A DNA stretch of 64,000 nucleotides from an uncultured Gammaproteobacteria bacterium. Lineage in GTDB: Bacteria; Patescibacteriota; Patescibacteriia; Patescibacteriales; UBA12465. This document shows, one piece after another, positions 27,433 through 36,524 of the stretch. Where the stretch lies: NCBI GenBank assembly GCA_964548885.1, contig CAZJSQ010000001.1, positions 52,782 through 116,781 on the forward strand, given 5' to 3'. The notes under the pieces were generated by a model. The model was not told the origin of the DNA. It saw only the letters and a program-made list of their open reading frames with translations, and searched no databases. A program made the position numbers and the translations under genes. The first letter of the stretch is position 1. Each line of letters opens with the position of its first letter.

Positions 27433-30400
27433 ATGAATGTAGAACACTTTTATCGTTTAGAAGAAAGCGACTTAGAGTATTGCTTCAATGTTGAAGTAAG
27501 TGAAGCTCTGTCGTCGGAAGAAATCAAGACTTTATCTTGGCTTCTCGCTGAAACTTTCGCGCCGAAAAAATTCGGCCGCGATTCGTTTTTAAGAAACAGC
27601 CCCTTTAAAGAAATAATTGAGATCGGGCCTTTGCTTAATTACGCGACTCCTTGGAACACCAATGCTTTGTCGATTTGCCGGGCTTGCGGTTTAACTAAAA
27701 TTACCCGCCTGGAAAGATCGACCCGGAGAATTATTGAATTCAATGATGATACGGCAAAGCTATTGGACCGGATGACTCAAGGATTCTATCTGAAACCATT
27801 AGAGTCTTTTGACACCGGCCATATTCCCGAAAAGGTTTACAGCGTTCCTTTGATCGCTGAAGGGCCGAACGCTCTCTTAAAGCTTTCAGGCTTGTCTATG
27901 GATGAAGCGGACCGCCAGTTTTATTATCACTATTTCGCGGAGATAGAACGGCGTGATCCAACCATCGTAGAGATTATGGATTTAAACAACGCCAATTCCG
28001 AGCATTGCCGTCACGGCTATTTCAAGGGTAAACAGATTATTGACGGCGTGGTTATGCCCGAAACTCTGATGGATATCGTTAAATCAACATTGGAAGCTAA
28101 TCCCGGCAACAGCCTGGTCGCTTTCAATGATAATTCCAGCGCTATCCGCGGCTACAATGTCTGGGCGTTAATTCCCGAACATCCCGGCCAATCTTCCGCT
28201 TTCGTGAAAAAGCAGATGACTTATCATTTGATTTTTACGGCGGAAACGCATAATTTCCCCACCGGTGTCGCTCCTTATCCGGGGGCAGAAACCGGAACGG
28301 GCGGACGAATCAGGGACGCTAAAGATACCGGCCGCGGCAGTTTGGTTGTCGCCGGAACGACCGGCTATTTTACCGGCAACCTTTTTATTCCCGGCTATAA
28401 ATTGCCCTGGGAAAAAGAACGGGTTTATCCCAAAAATCTGGCCAGCGGATTAGAGATTATGATTAGGGGTTCTGACGGCGCTTCTGATTACGGCAATAAA
28501 TTCGGAGAACCGGTAATTGTCGGAACGGCCGCCTCGGTGGCCATTGATTTGCCCAGTGGTGAACATCAGGAGTTTATTAAGCCGATTTTGTTCACCGGCG
28601 GAATTGGAATGATTGACGACCGGCACATCAAAAAAGATAAGGCGGAAATTGGCATGCTCATTGTCCAAGTCGGCGGTCCGGCTTATCGTATCGGTTTTGG
28701 CGGGGGCAGCGCGTCCTCCCTTAATCAAGGCGATAATAAAGAGGATCTGGATTTTAACGCCGTTCAACGCGGCGATGGCGAAATGGGTCAGAAAACCAAT
28801 CGTATCGTCAGAGCTTGCGTGGAAATGGGTGAGAATAACCCGATTGTTATTGTCCATGACCAGGGCGCCGGCGGACCGGCGAATGTCCTTAAAGAACTGG
28901 TGGAAAAATACGGCGGCAAAATCAATATCCGTAAGATAGTTTCCGGCGACCCGACTCTGTCGGTCCTGGAAATCTGGATATGTGAGTATCAGGAGAGAAG
29001 CGGATTCATCATTGATAAGAGCCGGATCGAGGAGTTTTGGACCATATGCAAGAGGGAAAAAGTGAATTGCGAAATTTTAGGCGAGGTTACCGGAGACGGT
29101 TATTTTGTCGTTTCTGACGAGGCTGACGGGTCAACGCCGGTCAACTTGGACTTGAAGCAGGTTTTAGGCAATCTGCCGCAAAAAACTTTTATTGATAAGA
29201 GCGTCACGAGAGATTTAGCCGCTCTGGAGTTGCCAAAGAATTTAGATATTCTGGAAGCTTTAAAGCGAGTATTAAGACTCGTTTCCGTCGGGTCTAAAGA
29301 TCATTTAACGGCCAAAGTCGACCGCAGCGTCACCGGTCTGGTAGCGCAACAGCAATGTTGCGGACCGCTGCAACTGCCGGTGGCTGATGTCGGAGTGATA
29401 GCTCAAAGTTATTTTCCTAACAATCTTGGAGAATATACCGGCGGAGCGACGGCTATCGGAGAGAAGCATATGGAAATGATTATTAATCCGAGAGCCGCGA
29501 CGCGCCTGGCCATAACGGAAATGCTGACCAATATGGCGTCGGTAAAAATCAATGGCTTAAAATATATCAAATGTTCAGGCAATTGGATGTGGGCGCCAAA
29601 ATTACCGGGCGAAGGCGCCAGACTTTATCGGGCCGCCCTGGCTGTACGTGAATTCATGATTGATTTAGGCGTTGCTATTGATGGCGGTAAAGACAGCTTG
29701 TCGATGGCAACGAAAGTCAAGCATCCCGACGGCCGAGTAGAAACGGTAAAATCGCCGAGTCAGTTGATAATTTCCGGTTACGCGTCCGTGCCCGATGTCA
29801 GAAAAAAAGTCACCCCCGACATCAAAAAACCGGGCGCCAGCCGATTAATGAGAATTGATTTGTCAGATGGAAAACGTCGTTTGGGCGGATCGGCCCTGGC
29901 GCAAGTTTATAATCAGCCAGGCAATGAAACGCCGGATGTTGAAGTAAAAATTGTCAAAAATGGCTTCAACGCTATGCAGAAAATGGTAAGCGGCGGTTTG
30001 ATATTAAGCGCCCACGACATCAGTAAGGGCGGATTCATCACCACTCTCCTGGAAATGTGTTTCGCCGGGAACTGCGGATTTTATCTGGAACTTGATTGCC
30101 GGCACGAGGAATTAATTCCGGAACTGTTCGCTGAAGAGGCCGGTTGGGTGATTGAATATTTGCCCGAGAACGAAGGTGTCGTCGTTTCGTTATTGAATTC
30201 GTTTTCCGTTCCTTATTATTATCTTGGGAAAACGATAAAGATTAAAGAAATCTATATCGTTAACGACGGCGACTTCCAATTTTTGGAGAGCACCGCGGTT
30301 TTGCGGCAAATCTGGGAGGAAACCAGCTACCAGTTGGAAAAATTGCAAATTAAACCAATTTGCGCGGTTAGCAAGAAGAGGAATGTCTTCAATCGGCCGG

Positions 30401-31284
30401 GAATCACTTACAAACTGGGATTCGAACCCAAAACCACTCTTCCGGAATTATTTACGGCTACTGATAAACCCAAAGTGGCTATCATCAGAGAAGAGGGTTC
30501 TAATGGAGACAGAGAAATGACCGCCGCTTTCTATTCGGCCGGATTTGAACCTTATGATGTGACCATGACTGATTTGTTAAATGACCGAGCGAATCTGCGC
30601 GCTTTTCAAATGGTCGCCTTTGTCGGCGGTTTCAGTTATGCCGACGTGCTTGATTCGGCTAAAGGCTGGGCCGGCGTGATTCGCTTTAATGAAAAATTGC
30701 GAGTTATGTTTGACGAATTCTATAACCGTCCCGATACCTTATCTTTAGGAGTTTGTAACGGTTGCCAGCTGGAAATGCTACTCGGTTGGGTTCCTTGGAA
30801 AGGACTGTCGGGTGAAGAACAGCCGCGTTTCATTAAAAACGAATCCGGCCGCTTTGAAAGTCATTTCTTAAATATCCGAATTTTAGACAGTCCGGCGGTA
30901 ATGCTGAAAGGAATGGCTGATTCAATCTTAGGGGTTTGGTCGGCGCACGGAGAGGGGAAATTACATTTTCCTAATCACCGGCTTTTAGATGGCGCCGAAG
31001 GAGTCTTGTTAAACGATTTGGCGCCCATTCGTTATGTTAACGACAACGGACAGGCAACTCGTGGTTATCCCTTTAACCCCAATGAGTCTCCTTGGGGAAT
31101 CGCCGGTTTATGCAGCCAAGATGGCCGACATTTAGCCATGATGCCGCATCCGGAAAGAACTTTCCTGAAATGGCAGTTAGGATATCTGCCGGAAGAATGG
31201 AAAGACGACGAAGTAATGCCCGTCGCTCCTTGGCTACAAATGTTCCAAAACGCCAGAAAGTGGTGCGAGGAACATAGAATCTAA
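27433..31284 (+). CDS. purL: Phosphoribosylformylglycinamidine synthase, large single-chain form (FGAM synthetase)
   Basis: A 1283-aa protein with N-terminal PurS-like, central AIR-synthase-like (FGAM synthetase) and C-terminal glutamine amidotransferase (GVCNGCQ...HPE) regions. Confidence 0.9.
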   Translation: MNVEHFYRLEESDLEYCFNVEVSEALSSEEIKTLSWLLAETFAPKKFGRDSFLRNSPFKEIIEIGPLLNYATPWNTNALSICRACGLTKITRLERSTRRIIEFNDDTAKLLDRMTQGFYLKPLESFDTGHIPEKVYSVPLIAEGPNALLKLSGLSMDEADRQFYYHYFAEIERRDPTIVEIMDLNNANSEHCRHGYFKGKQIIDGVVMPETLMDIVKSTLEANPGNSLVAFNDNSSAIRGYNVWALIPEHPGQSSAFVKKQMTYHLIFTAETHNFPTGVAPYPGAETGTGGRIRDAKDTGRGSLVVAGTTGYFTGNLFIPGYKLPWEKERVYPKNLASGLEIMIRGSDGASDYGNKFGEPVIVGTAASVAIDLPSGEHQEFIKPILFTGGIGMIDDRHIKKDKAEIGMLIVQVGGPAYRIGFGGGSASSLNQGDNKEDLDFNAVQRGDGEMGQKTNRIVRACVEMGENNPIVIVHDQGAGGPANVLKELVEKYGGKINIRKIVSGDPTLSVLEIWICEYQERSGFIIDKSRIEEFWTICKREKVNCEILGEVTGDGYFVVSDEADGSTPVNLDLKQVLGNLPQKTFIDKSVTRDLAALELPKNLDILEALKRVLRLVSVGSKDHLTAKVDRSVTGLVAQQQCCGPLQLPVADVGVIAQSYFPNNLGEYTGGATAIGEKHMEMIINPRAATRLAITEMLTNMASVKINGLKYIKCSGNWMWAPKLPGEGARLYRAALAVREFMIDLGVAIDGGKDSLSMATKVKHPDGRVETVKSPSQLIISGYASVPDVRKKVTPDIKKPGASRLMRIDLSDGKRRLGGSALAQVYNQPGNETPDVEVKIVKNGFNAMQKMVSGGLILSAHDISKGGFITTLLEMCFAGNCGFYLELDCRHEELIPELFAEEAGWVIEYLPENEGVVVSLLNSFSVPYYYLGKTIKIKEIYIVNDGDFQFLESTAVLRQIWEETSYQLEKLQIKPICAVSKKRNVFNRPGITYKLGFEPKTTLPELFTATDKPKVAIIREEGSNGDREMTAAFYSAGFEPYDVTMTDLLNDRANLRAFQMVAFVGGFSYADVLDSAKGWAGVIRFNEKLRVMFDEFYNRPDTLSLGVCNGCQLEMLLGWVPWKGLSGEEQPRFIKNESGRFESHFLNIRILDSPAVMLKGMADSILGVWSAHGEGKLHFPNHRLLDGAEGVLLNDLAPIRYVNDNGQATRGYPFNPNESPWGIAGLCSQDGRHLAMMPHPERTFLKWQLGYLPEEWKDDEVMPVAPWLQMFQNARKWCEEHRI

Positions 31285-31318
31285 ATAATTCTTTATAATT
31301 CTTTAAGAATTGTTTTAT

Positions 31319-31362
31319 AACCCTTGTTAATTTGATAAATATCAAATTTAGCGAGGGTTTTT
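31319..31362 (+). terminator. Intrinsic terminator after purL (nested hairpin ACCCT...AGGGT plus TTTTT)
   Basis: AACCCTTG...TTGATAAATATCAA...CGAGGGTTTTT. A further palindrome AATTCTTTA/TAAGAATT lies just upstream at 31287-31311. Confidence 0.5.
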
Positions 31363-31492
31363 AATTTACTTGGTTTAAGGTTTAATTATTTTATTTGACA
31401 AATCAGCGGGGAAGATGATACTCTAAGGAGAATATCTGTTATTTAAAAACTAAATATTACTTATAAACTAAATAAGAAATGGAGGAAAAAGC

Positions 31493-32470
31493 ATGAAAAT
31501 TAAGAACATTGAATTTAACGTTAATGCCGCTTCCGGCGCCCTAGGCTGGTTCGGAGAAGGGTATTGGTATCATAAATGGTATGAGAGCTTTTTTCCGTCG
31601 TTCGCTAAAACAGCGGGCGATATGAGCTTTGTAGCCAAAACAATAACTACAGATCTTCGAATCGGGAATCTCCCTTTAGACGAAAATTATGCGCCTAAAG
31701 ACCTCTTCCCGAGATGCATAAAAGTGTATCCGCTGAGGGGTTTTATGCTTAACGCCGTTGACTCAAGCGGCCCGGGGTTTAAGAAATTATTAGCTACCGG
31801 GAAATGGCAAAACATTATCCGTCCGGCTTTGGGAATTTCCTTTATGCCCGTCGGCAATACTTTAGAAGAAATGCTTCGTGAAACCAGCTGGTTCAGGTAC
31901 GAACTTATTAAAGTCATTGAATATAATGATTTCGCATCGCCTATCTGGATTCAGATAAATGTTTCCTGCCCGAATACCGAGCCGGAAAATCATCAACTGG
32001 TTTTGGATAACGTTACTGAAATTTTAAAACAATTTCAGTACCTAAGATCTTATCTCCTCGTTATTGATCTGAAAGTTAATCTTCTAATGCCGAATAAAGT
32101 CATAAAAGAGATCTGGCAAAAAGGTCTCTGTGATTTAATAACCATTTCTAACACCATAAAATATGGTACGGAAGGATTTGGGATTAACTGGAAGAAATTA
32201 TTTTGGTGGCGGAAAACTTCTCCGCTGGCAAAATTCGGCGGCGGCGGATTATCAGGCAAACCCTTGTTTAAGCCGTTGTGCGAAAAAATTATGAGTGTGA
32301 GGCGGGATTGTATCCAGATACCCATAAAAGCTGGCGGCGGAATATTTTCCGTTAGCAACATCAGAACGCTAAGAGCCTACGGCGCGAACGCCATCGAACT
32401 CGGGACAGTTATCAGCTTGCGTCCTTGGCGTATTCGTCGCATGGTTGAAGAGGCAAAAAGACTTTTCTAA
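31493..32470 (+). CDS. Dihydroorotate dehydrogenase-family TIM-barrel flavoenzyme (PyrD-like)
   Basis: NAASGALG, NVSCPN (the active-site Cys motif of class 1 DHODH), GGGLSGKPL, and AGGGI...GANAIELGT. A strong RBS (GGAGG) is present. Confidence 0.6.
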   Translation: MKIKNIEFNVNAASGALGWFGEGYWYHKWYESFFPSFAKTAGDMSFVAKTITTDLRIGNLPLDENYAPKDLFPRCIKVYPLRGFMLNAVDSSGPGFKKLLATGKWQNIIRPALGISFMPVGNTLEEMLRETSWFRYELIKVIEYNDFASPIWIQINVSCPNTEPENHQLVLDNVTEILKQFQYLRSYLLVIDLKVNLLMPNKVIKEIWQKGLCDLITISNTIKYGTEGFGINWKKLFWWRKTSPLAKFGGGGLSGKPLFKPLCEKIMSVRRDCIQIPIKAGGGIFSVSNIRTLRAYGANAIELGTVISLRPWRIRRMVEEAKRLF

Positions 32471-32505
32471 TTAATTGAGTTAGTCAAAAATTCATCCAAC
32501 GCTAT

Positions 32506-32531
32506 AGCCTCATAAAATGAGGCTTTTTTAT
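32506..32531 (+). terminator. Rho-independent terminator
   Basis: Perfect 8-bp stem AGCCTCAT / ATGAGGCT with an AAA loop, followed by TTTTTT. Confidence 0.75.
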
Positions 32532-32671
32532 ATCAATCCAGCTTTAAACTCGGTCAATTATATGCTACGATATATTTACAATTACTTAATTTTATTATAA
32601 AATCTAAATTCGCCTTTCGTTAAAGTGAGGCTTATATTTTTATAAAATTACCCGCCTATTTCCTAAATTAA

Positions 32672-34507
32672 ATGGAAAAAATATTTAAATTAAAATCAAG
32701 TTTTAAGCCGGCCGGAGACCAACCGGAGGCCATAAAAAAACTCGTCGCGGGACTGAAGAAGGGTTTTAATCACCAGACGCTTCTGGGCGTCACCGGGTCG
32801 GGAAAAACTTTTACCGTCGCTAATGTCATCAAGGAATTAGATTCGCCGGTGTTAGTTATGGCGCCGAATAAAGCTCTGGCCGCCCAGCTTTATCGCGAAT
32901 ACAAGAATTTTTTTCCGGAAAACGCCGTCCATTACTTTGTTTCTTATTATGACTATTACCAGCCGGAGGCCTACCTCCCGATAACCGACACTTATATTGA
33001 TAAAGAAGCGATGATTAATCAGGAAATCGACCGCTTGCGCCACGGCGCGACCTCGGCTTTGGTTTCCCGTCGTGATGTGATTATCGTGGCTTCGGTTTCT
33101 TGTATTTACAATCTCGGCGTGCCGTCCAGTTACTTGGAAGCGAAATTAGTCTTGGAAAAAGGCAAACCGATGGTCCGGATTGATTTGATAAAGCAATTAA
33201 TCAAGATTCAATTTGAGCGGACGAGCGGAGAAATTGAGCGCGGCCAGTTCCGTGTCCGGGGCGATGTCTTTGAAATCCGGCCAAAATCGGAAAATATTGT
33301 TTATCGCCTTGAGCTTAACGGTCAAGCTATCAGCGACTTATGTATTATCAATAATACGACCAAAAATATTATCGGCGACTTGGAGGAAATCGTTATTTTT
33401 CCGCCGAAACATTTTGTTTCCACCGCGCCTCAAATAGAAGCGGCCATTAAGAACATTCAAGAGGAATTAAAAGAGCGTTTAGCCTATTTTAAAAAAGCCG
33501 GATTGCTCCTGGAAGCGGAACGTTTGGAAAGGCGGACGAAATATGATATGGAAATGCTTCGGACTTTAGGTTATTGCCATGGCATTGAAAATTATTCGCG
33601 CCATCTGACCGGCAAGCTGGCCGGCGAAGCGCCCGATGCCTTACTCGCTTATTTTCCCTGGAAAGACGGTCAGCCGGATTTCCTGACGATTATCGACGAA
33701 TCCCATATCGGCGTTCCCCAAATCAGGGGCATGTATAACGGCGACCAAGCGCGCAAGAAAACCCTGATCCAATACGGTTGGCGCTTGCCTTCGGCGCTTG
33801 ATAATCGTCCTTTAAAATTCAACGAGTTTGAGGCGCGCGTCGGCCAGATGATTTTTACGACCGCGACGCCGGGAGAGTTCGAGTTAAAACATTCAGAGCA
33901 AATCGCCGAGCAAGTCATCCGTCCGACCGGTTTGGTTGATCCGGAAATTGAAGTCCGCCCGGTTTTTAACAAACGAGAGAATTACAGCCAAATAAATGAC
34001 GTCATGGCGGAAGTTAAAAAAATCGCCGCGCTGGGCGAACGGGCGATAATCAATACTCTGACCAAGAAGCAAGCCGAAGACTTAAATACTTATTTAAATA
34101 GCCGAGGCTTCAAGTCTAATTATCTTCATTCCGATATCAAAACCTTTGAACGCACGGAAATACTAAAAAATTTCCGGGAAGGGAAGTTTGATGTTCTGGT
34201 CGGCGTGAACTTATTGCGCGAAGGTCTGGACTTGCCGGAAGTGACTTTGGTCGCGATTTTAAACGCCGACCGCGAAGGCTTTCTGCGCAGCGAAACTTCG
34301 CTCATGCAGATTATGGGCCGCGCCGCGCGCAATGTTAAGGGTAAGATTATTCTTTACGCCGACAAGAAAACCGTTTCCATAAAAAAAGCGATCAAAGAAG
34401 CCGAGCGCCGCCGCGTCAAGCAATTGGAATATAATAAGAAACATAAAATTACGCCAATAAATATTTCTAAACCGATTGAGGATTTTTTAGATGCCGTGGA
34501 GAAATGA
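32672..34507 (+). CDS. uvrB: Excinuclease ABC subunit B (short form lacking the C-terminal UvrC-binding domain)
   Basis: FKPAGDQPEAI...GVTGSGKTF, helicase motifs and the beta-hairpin region are present. At 611 aa it ends before the C-terminal coiled-coil domain found in ~660-670-aa UvrB proteins. Confidence 0.9.
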   Translation: MEKIFKLKSSFKPAGDQPEAIKKLVAGLKKGFNHQTLLGVTGSGKTFTVANVIKELDSPVLVMAPNKALAAQLYREYKNFFPENAVHYFVSYYDYYQPEAYLPITDTYIDKEAMINQEIDRLRHGATSALVSRRDVIIVASVSCIYNLGVPSSYLEAKLVLEKGKPMVRIDLIKQLIKIQFERTSGEIERGQFRVRGDVFEIRPKSENIVYRLELNGQAISDLCIINNTTKNIIGDLEEIVIFPPKHFVSTAPQIEAAIKNIQEELKERLAYFKKAGLLLEAERLERRTKYDMEMLRTLGYCHGIENYSRHLTGKLAGEAPDALLAYFPWKDGQPDFLTIIDESHIGVPQIRGMYNGDQARKKTLIQYGWRLPSALDNRPLKFNEFEARVGQMIFTTATPGEFELKHSEQIAEQVIRPTGLVDPEIEVRPVFNKRENYSQINDVMAEVKKIAALGERAIINTLTKKQAEDLNTYLNSRGFKSNYLHSDIKTFERTEILKNFREGKFDVLVGVNLLREGLDLPEVTLVAILNADREGFLRSETSLMQIMGRAARNVKGKIILYADKKTVSIKKAIKEAERRRVKQLEYNKKHKITPINISKPIEDFLDAVEK

Positions 34508-34867
34508 AAAAGCTCCCTGTAAAAGAGAGCTTATAAGATTGCTAAAGGAATCGCCGGGGGGAATGATTATTCCTCCCAACCAAATCCCAAGGATGCAGGC
34601 CAAGAAAAATCCCACAGCCGTGATGAACACGAGGATTATTACTTTTAAATAATCCCTGGAGCTTTTTTCTATCACCAGGTCAAAGGTGATTAATATAGCC
34701 GCCGTGGCTATAATAATCAAACCCCAGATAACCACGCTCTGGAGGCTGAAATCGGCCAACGAAACCCGCAGACAGGCGCCGATCATCAGTCCGATAATCA
34801 GCCCGACGGCCGCGAAAATTCTAGTGCTACCTTTCGTGATAGCATAATTAAATAATTTTTTAATCAT
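34487..34867 (-). CDS. Small hypothetical membrane protein (3-4 TM helices)
   Basis: A hydrophobic 126-aa ORF that overlaps the uvrB 3' end by 21 nt on the opposite strand. No recognisable motifs. Confidence 0.45.
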   Translation of the reverse strand: MIKKLFNYAITKGSTRIFAAVGLIIGLMIGACLRVSLADFSLQSVVIWGLIIIATAAILITFDLVIEKSSRDYLKVIILVFITAVGFFLACILGIWLGGIIIPPGDSFSNLISSLLQGAFSFLHGI

Positions 34868-34989
34868 TGTTAATTTTTTTTGTTAAAATACTAGAGTCAA
34901 CTAAGAATATTATGGTAGAAATATAATTATTTGTCAACTGGTCATAAAAAAGGCGAATCTTAAATTTTATAAACATAAATTATGAAAAT

Positions 34990-35568
34990 ATGGATATTGA
35001 AATTGAATACGAAGCGACTTTCCTAAATATTAATAAAGACGAAATCCGCACCCGTCTTAAAAAAGCCGGAGCGGCTTTAATAAAGCCGGAATTCTTAATG
35101 AAAAGAATTGTCTTTGAATTGCCGGCCGGCCATGAAATCAAAGGCGGTTGGTTAAGAGTGCGCGACGAGGGCGACAAAATAACTATGAGCTTGAAAATAG
35201 TCGACGGCGACAAAATAGAAAATCAGAAAGAAATTTGCCTTAAGATCGATAATTTCAATGAGGGGGTTAAGTTTTTAGAGGCTATCGGCGCCAAACAGAA
35301 AGCCTATCAGGAAAGCCGCCGCGAACTTTGGACTTTAAATGATGTGGAAATAACTCTTGATGAATGGCCATATTTAGAACCTTATGTTGAAATAGAAGGG
35401 AAGTCTGAAACAGAAGTTAAAAACATTAGCGAGAAATTAGGTTTTGATTACGCCCTGGCCTTATTCTGTTCGGCGGATGTTTTATATAATAAAAAGTACG
35501 GCGTGCCTTTTAAAGTCATAAATAAAACCAGACGCATAACTTTTACGGATCCTAATCCATTTATATAA
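34990..35568 (+). CDS. CYTH-domain protein (CyaB/class IV adenylate cyclase-like), paralog of the island CYTH gene
   Basis: The N-terminus IEIEYEATF (ExExK-type) and the C-terminal half align with the ORF at 6179. Same ~190-aa architecture. Confidence 0.65.
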   Translation: MDIEIEYEATFLNINKDEIRTRLKKAGAALIKPEFLMKRIVFELPAGHEIKGGWLRVRDEGDKITMSLKIVDGDKIENQKEICLKIDNFNEGVKFLEAIGAKQKAYQESRRELWTLNDVEITLDEWPYLEPYVEIEGKSETEVKNISEKLGFDYALALFCSADVLYNKKYGVPFKVINKTRRITFTDPNPFI

Positions 35569-35595
35569 CCGGAAAATAAAAAAGTAATCAGAAAA

Positions 35596-35637
35596 TAAAA
35601 AAGCCTCTTCTGTCAAGAAAGAGGCTTTAAAAAAAAT
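35596..35637. terminator. Strong hairpin (11-bp perfect stem AAGCCTCTTTC/GAAAGAGGCTT) between convergent genes, with a T-run on the minus-strand side
   Basis: Inverted repeat with a 6-nt loop, flanked by A-runs on the + strand (read as T-runs for the minus-strand gene ending at 35659). Confidence 0.7.
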
Positions 35638-35658
35638 GATTTGTCACAACTCCGGTTA

Positions 35659-36468
35659 CTAAAGTTCCAGTATCACGCCAGCCGAGGAGCAAAATTGCTT
35701 TGACTCAAAATTTCGGCCCGAGATAGCTCTTATTTTCACATTTTGCAAGCATGGCCGCGGCTTGATTCTGAAATCATATTCGGCAAACAGACCGGTGGCC
35801 AGAAACCTCTCGGAAATTATTCCCGCTTTTAAATTCTTGTCAAAAGAATAAGAAAGAAAGAACTTATACCAACTGTTAGGGTCAAATCCCCGAATGTAAA
35901 CCGGGTCGCCGTACCCGCCGAATTTTTCAAGGTCCTCTTCGGAATACTCGGATTTATAAGCGGTTGTCAGCGAGTAGACTCCCAGCGCTCGCAAAGACCA
36001 ATTTCCTTTGTCGATATACACTCCGACAAGCGGCCCGAAACATGACTTTACCAAATCAAGGCCGGCGCCGGCGAATAATTTGACCTTGCCAAAAGTATAA
36101 CTGTCAAAGTCGTAACTTAATCCCAGCTTAGCGCTGATACCGAAATTTTTGTTTAAGTCATATCCCTTTTGGATCCATTTCTGATAGACAATCGGTTGCG
36201 AGTATTCTCCCAGCCCCCAGAGTCCCCAGCCGGAACGGTAAACCGAGTATCCTTCAATGGAAAATCGGGGATAATACTCTGCGCCCAGCTGGTAAATGCT
36301 GGCCTCAAAAACATTTTTTTGATACTGAAGACCTTCCAAATAAAGGTCATCTCTTTCAATTTGCGCCTGGACGCTAAGGCTAAATAATAAGCAAGCAAAA
36401 ATTAATAAATAATAAACTTTTTTCATTGCGTAGGACCCCCTTGCCCTTTTGTTATTTTTAATGTTCAA
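35659..36468 (-). CDS. Secreted hypothetical protein, Tyr/Gly/Ser-rich, possible beta-barrel fold
   Basis: Signal peptide (LLIFACLLFSLSVQAQ) and alternating aromatic/small residues. No known motif recognised. Confidence 0.5.
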   Translation of the reverse strand: MNIKNNKRARGSYAMKKVYYLLIFACLLFSLSVQAQIERDDLYLEGLQYQKNVFEASIYQLGAEYYPRFSIEGYSVYRSGWGLWGLGEYSQPIVYQKWIQKGYDLNKNFGISAKLGLSYDFDSYTFGKVKLFAGAGLDLVKSCFGPLVGVYIDKGNWSLRALGVYSLTTAYKSEYSEEDLEKFGGYGDPVYIRGFDPNSWYKFFLSYSFDKNLKAGIISERFLATGLFAEYDFRIKPRPCLQNVKIRAISGRNFESKQFCSSAGVILEL

Positions 36469-36524
36469 ATTAATATTAATCTAGTATAATAATATTATTA
36501 GCATAATCAATAAATATTGTCAAT

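Noticed and set aside
35659-36468. Outer-membrane porin annotation for the secreted Tyr/Gly-rich proteins (35659-36468 and 54727-55605)
   Set aside because: They have signal peptides and beta-rich composition, but no C-terminal aromatic beta-barrel signature that I can verify. Whether the organism has an outer membrane is unknown, so I left them as secreted hypothetical proteins.
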